A stretch of 5,835 nucleotides of DNA from a virus (IMGVR_UViG_3300045988_014863:1-5835); one strand, 5' to 3'. Shown: positions 1 through 5,550, numbered from the stretch's first letter. Notes: a model not told the origin generated them from the letters alone. Translations and numbers: made by a program.

Positions 1-55
1 TGTATCCTTGCCGCCAGATTTCTTCTTTGTGTTCTTGATAATAGTGATCGCCGAG
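1..55. repeat. Terminal direct repeat, copy 1, identical to 5781-5835. This is a circular-genome assembly overlap, and the unit length is 5780 bp.
   Basis: Positions 1-55 and 5781-5835 are identical over 55 of 55 nt. The VP4 reading frame stays in phase across the join (5833-5835 corresponds to 53-55). Confidence 0.95.
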
Positions 56-802
56 GCCCGGCTTTAGACTCATGCATGCAAATGGTTTTGTTTGCCCTAA
101 CTCGTAGTATGCATTTGCTTTCTTTCCGTCTATTTCGTACATTTTTTTTGTAACGTATCCTGCAACATACCTATAGGTTTCTGGAACTGCTTGTGCTATC
201 TGTATTTGACCCATTCCCCATAGGTTTTCTAACCATTTACTGGTATAGTATCCGTTGTGGTGAATCTTGTATAGTTGTTCTAGGTCTGTTGGTCTCCATC
301 CGTATAGAATCATATGATAATGCGGTCTCGCTGTCTGTTCTCCGTACTCCCCCGCTACAAAATAGCGTAATTTGCCCCTGTAAGCCTTTCTGAGACGTTT
401 TAAGAACTTCTGAATATCTTCATACAGTAAAATTTGAACACTGCTAGGGAGCTTCTCTCCCGGTTTCCATGTGTACTGCACCTTTCGCATGATTTCACCT
501 GTTTTTACTATCATGCCTGGTATATGGTCATCATCATAAGTTAGCGTGATAAACCATACTTGTTCTTTCGGATAATCTCTTGCTTCTAGTTCTATTCGTG
601 TTGTCCAATCCTCTCGCTGCCTGATTCTGCATCCGATGCACTGTCCGCATGGTATCAACATGACTTTTGGATTATACATCAAATCTTCATATTTTAGCTG
701 TTTCCCGCTTAGCTCAGAAAAGCGGGCGAGTGAATAAACTCGTCCGCTCTGTTCTTTATTATCCGGGTTGTACAGCCTTATTAATGGCTTGTAACAACTC
801 AT
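1..802 (-). CDS. VP4: Replication initiation protein VP4 (HUH rolling-circle endonuclease, phiX174 A-like), N-terminal 267 codons. The gene continues across the circular junction into 5563-5780.
   Basis: Manual minus-strand translation starting at ATG 802..800 gives MSCYKPLIRLYNPDNKEQSGRVYSLARF...PCGQCIGCR...VWFITLTYDD (motif I)...ARPHYHMILYG (HUH motif II)...YRYVAGYVTKK (motif III, two Tyr three residues apart as in phiX A, YVAKYVNKK). SD AGGTGA sits 9 nt upstream. The ATG overlaps the VP2 stop as ATGA. The ORF track missed this gene because it runs off the window edge. Confidence 0.9.
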   Translation of the reverse strand, partial: MSCYKPLIRLYNPDNKEQSGRVYSLARFSELSGKQLKYEDLMYNPKVMLIPCGQCIGCRIRQREDWTTRIELEARDYPKEQVWFITLTYDDDHIPGMIVKTGEIMRKVQYTWKPGEKLPSSVQILLYEDIQKFLKRLRKAYRGKLRYFVAGEYGEQTARPHYHMILYGWRPTDLEQLYKIHHNGYYTSKWLENLWGMGQIQIAQAVPETYRYVAGYVTKKMYEIDGKKANAYYELGQTKPFACMSLKPGLGDHYYQEHKEEIWRQGY

Positions 803-1683
803 TTCAGATAATCACCTGGCTTTCTTTTTTCACCATAGTTTCCCGTTTTATTCTGCATAGGGTTTTCTGTTTTGTGCCCTACTTTGTTACTGCCGCTTGT
901 CTTTTTCCCTGTTTTATTCGTGATGTCCCCGATTGTTTTGCTTGTTTCGTTATCGATATTCGTTAGCGCTTTCATTAGGCCGTAAGGACTTAGATGTGTT
1001 TCACTTAGCATTTGATTCCAGCTTTGTGAAGCGTTATACCAATCCGATTTACTCCAGCTTTCGCTGCTGTACGAGTTTGGAACAAATCCGTTACTTCTGC
1101 TTACTCCTAGTGCGCTGCTGCTTGCTAGTCCCATGCTTGCTCCGCTGATTGTTCCCGCTGACCCTCCCGGTGTGCTTGCTCCGCCGTTTGCAAATGCCAG
1201 AATCGGGTTTAAACCTGCTTTTTTCATGTCTTCAACAGTTCTTTGATATGCTGTGCTGCTCATATACTCTTGGAACTGTCTGTTTGCTAGTGCTTCGGCG
1301 CTGTTGTAATTCATTGCGGCTGTGTTTTCGATGTGGTTATATATTCCTTGCATGATGGCCTGCATCGTGTTGTATCCCATCTGTTGCAGCATGCTTTTTT
1401 GGTTGTATTTTTGCTGTGCTACGCCCTCTGCGCTTTGGTATCCGTACGCTTGCTGTAAATATTTTGCGATTTGTTCATCATTTGTTCCGGATAGACTTCC
1501 GCTTGCGGACATTCCACCGCCTTGGCCTACGCTTCCGCCTCTGCTTTGCCCTGTTCCTTCATTTCCCCAACCGCCAAAAGTGCCGGTAACGTTTTTTACT
1601 GCGTTTGTTATGCTTCCTATGCTCGTTGCAACATTGCCGAGTATGCTTGTTCCTTTTATAATTGCTCCCCATGGAATTGCCAT
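799..1683 (-). CDS. VP2: VP2 minor capsid / DNA pilot protein (Gly/Ser/Thr/Gln-rich, 294 aa).
   Basis: The ORF lies immediately downstream of VP1 in the conserved VP1-VP2 position. Low-complexity G/S/T/Q/N composition (GGWGNEGTGQSRGGSVGQGGGMSASGSLSG) is characteristic of Microviridae VP2/H-like pilot proteins. Its stop overlaps the VP4 start. Confidence 0.8.
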   Translation of the reverse strand: MAIPWGAIIKGTSILGNVATSIGSITNAVKNVTGTFGGWGNEGTGQSRGGSVGQGGGMSASGSLSGTNDEQIAKYLQQAYGYQSAEGVAQQKYNQKSMLQQMGYNTMQAIMQGIYNHIENTAAMNYNSAEALANRQFQEYMSSTAYQRTVEDMKKAGLNPILAFANGGASTPGGSAGTISGASMGLASSSALGVSRSNGFVPNSYSSESWSKSDWYNASQSWNQMLSETHLSPYGLMKALTNIDNETSKTIGDITNKTGKKTSGSNKVGHKTENPMQNKTGNYGEKRKPGDYLK

Positions 1684-1691
1684 TTTAAAAT

Positions 1692-1712
1692 AGCCGGGTT
1701 TTTGGCCCGGCT
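1692..1712 (-). terminator. Intergenic VP1-VP2 hairpin AGCCGGG-ccaaaaa-CCCGGCT followed by ATTTTAAA. Candidate partial terminator/attenuator, or a structure that bridges the distant SD and the VP2 ATG.
   Basis: A 7-bp GC-rich inverted repeat (1692-1698 pairing with 1706-1712) is followed by a U-rich tract on the sense strand. The only SD, AGGAGG at 1718..1713, lies about 29 nt upstream of the VP2 ATG (1683) with the hairpin in between. Confidence 0.35.
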
Positions 1713-1723
1713 TCCTCCTTTCT

Positions 1724-3406
1724 TTACAGTTTTTCCAGTCCCGGCACGCTGTACAGCGGCATGCAACGAGTAGTATTGTTTATTACTCGGATTGCTCCAA
1801 AGAACTGCGGCTCGTTCTGCTCAATCAAAGTTCTTGCAATTTCGTCTTTTCCTTCGGTCATCCATTCTTGACTGAGTGTTGGCACCTCCTTGTAGTTGTC
1901 TGCATAGTGCCAGAAGTCCAGCGTTCCTTCTGCATTGCTTCGCATTTTACCACTTACCCGGTTCGGCTTCATTCGATAGTCGGCCCAGGCCTCCTGGTAG
2001 CCGAACGTATCATCATCTGTTGCCTTTCCTGTAACCATGATTTCTTTCTTCTTTACTGGCTGTTCGCCTATATTTGCGAACTGCGGAAAGTAGTAGTCCA
2101 GTCTGTCGCTACGGCTCCAGAAGCGTTCCAAGCCCTGCTGGTAGCTGTGATCGTGACGCACGCACATGACGCCGATAACAAAGCCGTGCTCCTCAAAGCT
2201 CTTTGTGAAGGAACTTTCGTTAATGGGTGTTACTGACATTGCACCGGTTTCACCGATAGGTGTATCATTTGCTGCCTGCTGTCCGCTGGTCTGCACGATT
2301 TGGTTGATGTTCACATGATAGCGTCCGCCGCCCAGATATTCCGGCACCTGAACGGTTTTGTCGCTGATGCTTACACCAAAAAGCGCACGTACCTGTTCAC
2401 GGTATCGACTGCCGCCGCGTGCCAGTGCTTCATAATAGTGCTGAACTGCAAAAGCTTGGCGCAACTGGTTGATTGTTGCTGCTTCAATTTCGCTGAGGTC
2501 GGTTGCAATGTATCTTGAGACAGAGACTCCGCCTGTCTGTTCTGTTGAGCCTAGTGCTATGATTGGGTCATTTGCAGTGTTCTGTGTTAGATATGCCGCC
2601 TTTCCACTCATCCAAATTAGAGTTGGGTTCGTTGGCCCGTTGATTCCTTCGTCGTCGTACATTTTTACAGGCGCATTTCCTGTTAGTGCGAGGGTCACTT
2701 CCGGTCCGCGCTGAGGATACGGCATACAGGATGAGAAGTAGTCGTGGAAGCGATTTACCGGCAGGCAGTATCCGCCGCAGATAGCATATTTGAGAATATT
2801 TTCTTTGGATACTTCGCTTTCATTCCCGCTTCCCGCTTCGTATTCTATGTCATCGTCTCCTGTACTGAAGACTGCCGGGTTCCCTACGTTTTGGTCTCTG
2901 AAAAATTCATTCCAGATTTTAATGTATGCTCTGACGGGGAGTGCGTTTATTTTTACGTTTCCCGTTTCTCCCTTTTTGATAATTTTTGCCGGGACTCCCA
3001 TATAGTCTAGAATGCTGTTTGTGTCTGGGTAGTCTCTTGCTGCTCCACCTTTATCGTTATCGATTATGATATTCGGCACTTTGTATGTTTTTGTCGGCAT
3101 CCACGGGTTATCGTCTGCTTCTCCCATGAACCGCTTGAAGTTATCCCATAGGATTCGGTTTGGGCAGTAGAAGTAGTAGAAGTCAATGTATGCATCGTCG
3201 AACACGGGATATTTCGGCGTAGTCATTCGGATGATTGCCGCTGTTTGCACGTTGAACGTATCGCCGGGAAGGACTTCGTCAACGTAGAACGGAATCAGTT
3301 TTCCTGCATCGAAAGTCGTGAGGATATTCTGGTCTCGATTGAACCGCGTTCTACTGACGTGTGTTTCCGGTACCTGGTTAAAGTGTCTTTCATTATTCCG
3401 GTTCAT
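1724..3406 (-). CDS. VP1: VP1 major capsid protein (Microviridae F-like, gokushovirus type), 560 aa.
   Basis: The N-terminus, HFNQVPETHVSRTRFNRDQNILTTFDAGKLIPFYVDEVLPGDTF, is the canonical gokushovirus VP1 signature (compare Chp2 ...TTFDAGYLIPIFCDEVLPGDTF). Size of 560 aa is typical. SD GAGGAAA sits 7 nt upstream. Confidence 0.95.
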   Translation of the reverse strand: MNRNNERHFNQVPETHVSRTRFNRDQNILTTFDAGKLIPFYVDEVLPGDTFNVQTAAIIRMTTPKYPVFDDAYIDFYYFYCPNRILWDNFKRFMGEADDNPWMPTKTYKVPNIIIDNDKGGAARDYPDTNSILDYMGVPAKIIKKGETGNVKINALPVRAYIKIWNEFFRDQNVGNPAVFSTGDDDIEYEAGSGNESEVSKENILKYAICGGYCLPVNRFHDYFSSCMPYPQRGPEVTLALTGNAPVKMYDDEGINGPTNPTLIWMSGKAAYLTQNTANDPIIALGSTEQTGGVSVSRYIATDLSEIEAATINQLRQAFAVQHYYEALARGGSRYREQVRALFGVSISDKTVQVPEYLGGGRYHVNINQIVQTSGQQAANDTPIGETGAMSVTPINESSFTKSFEEHGFVIGVMCVRHDHSYQQGLERFWSRSDRLDYYFPQFANIGEQPVKKKEIMVTGKATDDDTFGYQEAWADYRMKPNRVSGKMRSNAEGTLDFWHYADNYKEVPTLSQEWMTEGKDEIARTLIEQNEPQFFGAIRVINNTTRCMPLYSVPGLEKL

Positions 3407-3788
3407 TGTTTTCCTCGTCCTTTTTTTGTTTGTTTGCTGTCTCTTCCTGCATTTGTTTCAGTTCCATTGCTTTGGCCTGCGCCGTTGCCATCATTGCGTG
3501 GTATTCGTGGATGTTGGTAGGCCATTCGGTGATATCCATAATTTCGTCTGTTTTTGCGCTGTCTGCAAGACTTTTTGCAAATTCCGGGTCAAAGCTTGCT
3601 TTGCGGACAATGTTTTTGATGTCGCATTCGTCTGCATAGCTTTCAATTTCTGCTTGAGTGTCGATTGGCTCTGTTTCAATCAGTTTTTTGTTGCCTTTTT
3701 CGTCCTTCCCCCAGACGTACTGTTTGCGTAGTTTTTCGCCTGAATCCGTAAAGAAGGGCATTCGCTCTTCTTCATATCGCTTATTCAT
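3393..3788 (-). CDS. VP3: VP3-like internal scaffolding protein (131 aa, acidic).
   Basis: It lies immediately upstream of VP1, overlapping it by 14 nt. It is acidic with a Glu-rich C-terminus. It contains an ECDIKNI motif resembling the ECDINNI motif I recall in gokushovirus VP3 proteins. SD GGGAGGG sits 8 nt upstream. Confidence 0.6.
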   Translation of the reverse strand: MNKRYEEERMPFFTDSGEKLRKQYVWGKDEKGNKKLIETEPIDTQAEIESYADECDIKNIVRKASFDPEFAKSLADSAKTDEIMDITEWPTNIHEYHAMMATAQAKAMELKQMQEETANKQKKDEENNEPE

Positions 3789-4020
3789 GCGGTTTTCCCT
3801 CCCATGCTTTATCGTTCATGTTCTGGAACTCGCCGGTTTCATCTTCAAACATTGCCAGTTTGTAACCCACGTAATCGGCCGGAGACTGGCCGATGAACGT
3901 TTTTTCGTCTTTTGCCATTACGTTGCACATCCTCGCAAACGTTTCGTTGTTTTTGCTTTCGCCTACCCATGCGTAGCACTTCGCCACTTTATCGTAGATA
4001 CCATAGTAACTGTGAATCAT
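3781..4020 (-). CDS. Hypothetical small protein, 79 aa (possible VP5 analogue).
   Basis: Strong SD AAAGGAG 7 nt upstream of the ATG. The stop overlaps the VP3 start by 8 nt. No TM segment is apparent. Confidence 0.55.
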   Translation of the reverse strand: MIHSYYGIYDKVAKCYAWVGESKNNETFARMCNVMAKDEKTFIGQSPADYVGYKLAMFEDETGEFQNMNDKAWEGKPHE

Positions 4021-4140
4021 GTTTTTCTCCTTTACAGTCTGATGCCGCCCCTCATGGGTTTCTGGCTGAGATTAATACTCTTCGTTTTGCGTGCCGTCAC
4101 GTTGAACATTCGTTTGTCAGTTCGTCTCGGCATTCTCTGC

Positions 4141-4362
4141 CTATGCTTCATTGTTGTACTCCCTTCGGATTAGTTCCAATTGGATGTCGTTTGCCCATGC
4201 TTTCATTATCCAGATTCGGTCAATGATTTTTTTTGCGTCTTCTAAGTTGGATACTTTTTTAATCATTTTGTATCCAGCTTCAATTTCTTTGTATAACTTG
4301 TCTGCTTCGATTCGTAGGTCTTTTTCGGTCTGGTCTCTCACGTTCCATGTCTTGTGCAGCAT
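4141..4362 (-). CDS. Hypothetical small protein, 73 aa (charged, predicted helical).
   Basis: SD AAGGAG lies 8-9 nt upstream of the ATG. Composition is coding-like and Lys/Glu/Ile-rich. It sits in the sense-strand gene array. Confidence 0.55.
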   Translation of the reverse strand: MLHKTWNVRDQTEKDLRIEADKLYKEIEAGYKMIKKVSNLEDAKKIIDRIWIMKAWANDIQLELIRREYNNEA

Positions 4363-4367
4363 TGTCT

Positions 4368-4472
4368 TTACTCCTTTTCCTTCAGAATGTGGTAAATCTG
4401 GTCCAGCTTTTCCAGCACGGTTTTGATCAGCTGGATTGCTTCTCGCAGATCCTTGACTTTGATTAATGCCAT
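4368..4472 (-). CDS. Candidate unannotated 34-aa ORF (MALIKVKDLREAIQLIKTVLEKLDQIYHILKEKE). It is below the ORF-track size cut-off.
   Basis: ATG at 4472..4470 lies 3 nt after the peptidase stop. SD-like AGGGGG sits about 8 nt upstream. The amphipathic, helix-like sequence fills the gap between the peptidase and 73-aa genes exactly and ends 5 nt before the next ATG. Confidence 0.3.
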   Translation of the reverse strand: MALIKVKDLREAIQLIKTVLEKLDQIYHILKEKE

Positions 4473-4475
4473 AGG

Positions 4476-4862
4476 TTACACCCCCTTTCTGTATCGCTTT
4501 TCACGCACATCAACGTGTGTGAAGTTTGTGTATTTGATTACGCCGCCTTGCTCCATGATTTCATCTGCGTACTTTGCGACTTCTTTGCTGCTGTGTCCTT
4601 TTACTACGATATCCGCCGCCATTCCTTTGCAGTGGTACGAGTTTGGCGCTCCGCCTGCTTTTGCATTCCAGCTTGGCGTGCGGTATCCGCTGTTGATGAT
4701 GACTGGTGCGTTGAAGTGGTTTCGGATTTTTTCCAGTATTTCAATCAGTTCTAAGCAGTACAGGAATTCTTTTGTTCCGTCTTTGCATTTGAATTCTTTT
4801 CCTGTAAAATGCTCTGCCCCTATAAGCTTTCCTTCGTATTCGTCAGCGTAAATCGATCTCAT
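4476..4862 (-). CDS. Peptidase M15 family (VanY / D-Ala-D-Ala carboxypeptidase-like, Peptidase_M15_3/4-type) peptidoglycan hydrolase, the putative lysis enzyme; 128 aa.
   Basis: The zinc-peptidase signature SxHxxGxAxD is present as SYHCKGMAADIV, with SGYRTP upstream and the HxD element (FTHVDV) downstream. Size is about 130 aa. SD AAAGGAAG sits 7 nt upstream. Confidence 0.85.
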   Translation of the reverse strand: MRSIYADEYEGKLIGAEHFTGKEFKCKDGTKEFLYCLELIEILEKIRNHFNAPVIINSGYRTPSWNAKAGGAPNSYHCKGMAADIVVKGHSSKEVAKYADEIMEQGGVIKYTNFTHVDVREKRYRKGV

Positions 4863-4908
4863 GGTGGCTTCCTTTCTGTCTTTGTTATATCATGGCGTTG
4901 TTTTCTTG

Positions 4909-5094
4909 TCAATGCCATATAAGTCTTTTTTCGTTTTCAAGTTGGTTAACTCTTTGTCTGGATAGCTGGCCGCTTCTGTTTTCCCAACATCCTTTCTTCT
5001 TGTTGTAAGTGTATGGATACAGTGGACGCTTGCCAATTCTCGGATTGTAGCATATTAATTTTTTGTTTTCGGTGTATTCGTAGTCGCTTCTCAT
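4909..5094 (-). CDS. Small basic protein, 61 aa (MRSDYEYTENKKLICYNPRIGKRPLYPYTYNKKKGCWENRSGQLSRQRVNQLENEKRLIWH). Putative DNA-binding/packaging protein (J/VP8-like).
   Basis: The true start is the internal ATG at 5094..5092, preceded by SD AAAGGAG (9 nt spacer) and the consensus promoter. The track ORF start at 5148 lies inside the -35 box. Net charge is about +8. Confidence 0.55.
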   Translation of the reverse strand: MRSDYEYTENKKLICYNPRIGKRPLYPYTYNKKKGCWENRSGQLSRQRVNQLENEKRLIWH

Positions 5095-5119
5095 GTTGTT
5101 TATCTCCTTTTCTGGTTTT

Positions 5120-5148
5120 ATTATAACACTATTCTTTACCTTTGTCAA
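5120..5148 (-). promoter_or_regulatory. Near-consensus sigma70 promoter on the sense (minus) strand: -35 TTGACA (5148..5143), 17-bp spacer, extended -10 TGtTATAAT (5128..5120), with an A-rich UP-like tract upstream (5172..5149).
   Basis: Plus-strand tgtcaa at 5143-5148 and attata at 5120-5125 are separated by exactly 17 nt. TG lies 1 nt upstream of the -10. The sense strand reads GGAAAAGTTTCAAAAAAGAC immediately upstream of the -35. An SD and ATG follow about 12 nt after the predicted TSS. Confidence 0.6.
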
Positions 5149-5174
5149 GTCTTTTTTGAAACTTTTCCTAAATG

Positions 5175-5215
5175 GTCATGCGGTCGGCGCTGGTGCGCCG
5201 AATGAAAAGCATGAC
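5175..5215. repeat. Bipartite imperfect hairpin GTCATGC-ggt-CGGCGC-tggt-GCGCCG-aatgaaaa-GCATGAC, upstream of the promoter.
   Basis: Outer 7-bp and inner 6-bp inverted repeats were verified by reverse complementing. It lies about 26 nt upstream of the -35 box on the sense strand. Confidence 0.4.
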
Positions 5216-5256
5216 GTAACTTTCGGCTTTCGCTCGCCGGACGGCCTTTATTAGTT

Positions 5257-5418
5257 TTCAACATTTTCAACATAGTTTTCAACATTTCAACATTGTTAAA
5301 CTTTAGCACAACAGAGTGTTTCAACATTTCAACAAGTTTTCAACAAAGTTTTCAACATTGTTTTTTGTTTGTTTTTAACGCTCTAACGTTTTAAAATTAT
5401 ACTTTTCAACTTTTCAAC
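5257..5418. repeat. Iteron array: ten direct copies of TTTCAACA(T) in three clusters (4+4+2), with 8-12 bp phasing inside each cluster.
   Basis: TTCAAC cores sit at 5257, 5266, 5278, 5286, 5320, 5328, 5339, 5351, 5405 and 5413, all in the same orientation. This is a non-coding AT-rich region between the VP4 terminator and the promoter. Confidence 0.7.
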
Positions 5419-5455
5419 ATACCCTACTACTACGACTACAACAAGTTATATTATA

Positions 5456-5506
5456 ATACGTGCGCACGCGTGCGCGTGTAGTTTTCGCGTGCACGTGTGT
5501 GCGCGA
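5456..5506. repeat. Two GC-rich alternating purine-pyrimidine palindromic tracts. The first spans 5456-5480 and contains the perfect 14-bp palindrome GCGCACGCGTGCGC at 5462-5475. The second spans 5486-5506 and contains the palindrome CGTGCACG. They are flanked by an AT-rich tract (5441-5457).
   Basis: Perfect R-Y alternation runs over 25 nt and over 21 nt. The palindromes were verified by reverse complement. The two tracts are also partly complementary to each other. They are embedded in otherwise AT-rich DNA. Confidence 0.6.
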
Positions 5507-5518
5507 TTAGATTAATAA

Positions 5519-5550
5519 AGCCCAGTACTCTACTTGATAGGTACTGGGCT
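5519..5550 (-). terminator. Hairpin AGCCCAGTAC-(12-nt loop)-GTACTGGGCT followed by TTTATTAAT on the sense strand, 13 nt after the VP4 stop. Putative rho-independent terminator ending the genome-long transcription unit.
   Basis: A 10-bp perfect inverted repeat (5519-5528 pairing with 5541-5550). A U-rich tail (revcomp of 5509-5518) lies immediately 3' on the sense strand. Confidence 0.45.

Noticed and set aside
140-152. A8 homopolymer (T9 on the plus strand) inside VP4 at the YVTKKM catalytic region
   Set aside because: It simply encodes Lys-Lys (AAA AAA). There is no evidence of programmed slippage, and out-of-frame reading hits stops quickly.
1322-1693. 123-aa plus-strand ORF, proline-rich (PPPWPTLPPLL...)
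   Set aside because: It is antisense to the Gly-rich VP2 gene: GGN codons read in reverse give CCN, which is Pro. It is a compositional artefact. All other plus-strand ORFs (667..966, 933..1148, 1149..1355, 1522..1773, 1868..2236, 2300..3010 set, 3245..3731 set, 3658..4173, 3912..4226, 4151..4426, 4423..4851, 4515..4754) are likewise antisense to well-supported genes, are F/L/C/R-rich and lack SDs.
3491-3679. 62-aa sense-strand ORF embedded in VP3 in another frame (Q/K/T-rich)
   Set aside because: It is a low-complexity product of frame-shifting the AKAMELKQMQEE-type repeat region of VP3, with no SD. phiX-style overlapping genes exist, so it cannot be fully excluded, but there is no positive evidence.
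5145-5327. 60-aa minus-strand ORF (MLKHSVVLKFNNVEMLKTMLKMLK...)
   Set aside because: It is merely the translation of the TTTCAACA iteron array (the repetitive LKxN/MLK peptide). It has no SD, and its 3' end runs through the -35 box of the promoter. It is a non-coding control region, not a gene.
5257-5418. Possible CRISPR array, given the short direct repeats
   Set aside because: The repeat unit is only 8-9 nt and the spacers are 0-5 nt (up to about 45 nt between clusters), far from a CRISPR geometry of 28-37 bp repeats and 30-40 bp spacers. These are iterons.
5449-5457. Plus-strand TATAAT at 5452-5457, a possible antisense promoter
   Set aside because: No acceptable -35 lies at 16-19 bp spacing, and no plus-strand genes exist. 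It is part of the AT-rich origin-like tract.
5529-5540. Plus-strand loop ACTTGATA identical to the phiX174 origin nick-site core
   Set aside because: It lies on the strand complementary to the virion and gene sense strand, whereas Microviridae Rep nicks the sense strand. It is retained only as a note inside the terminator finding.
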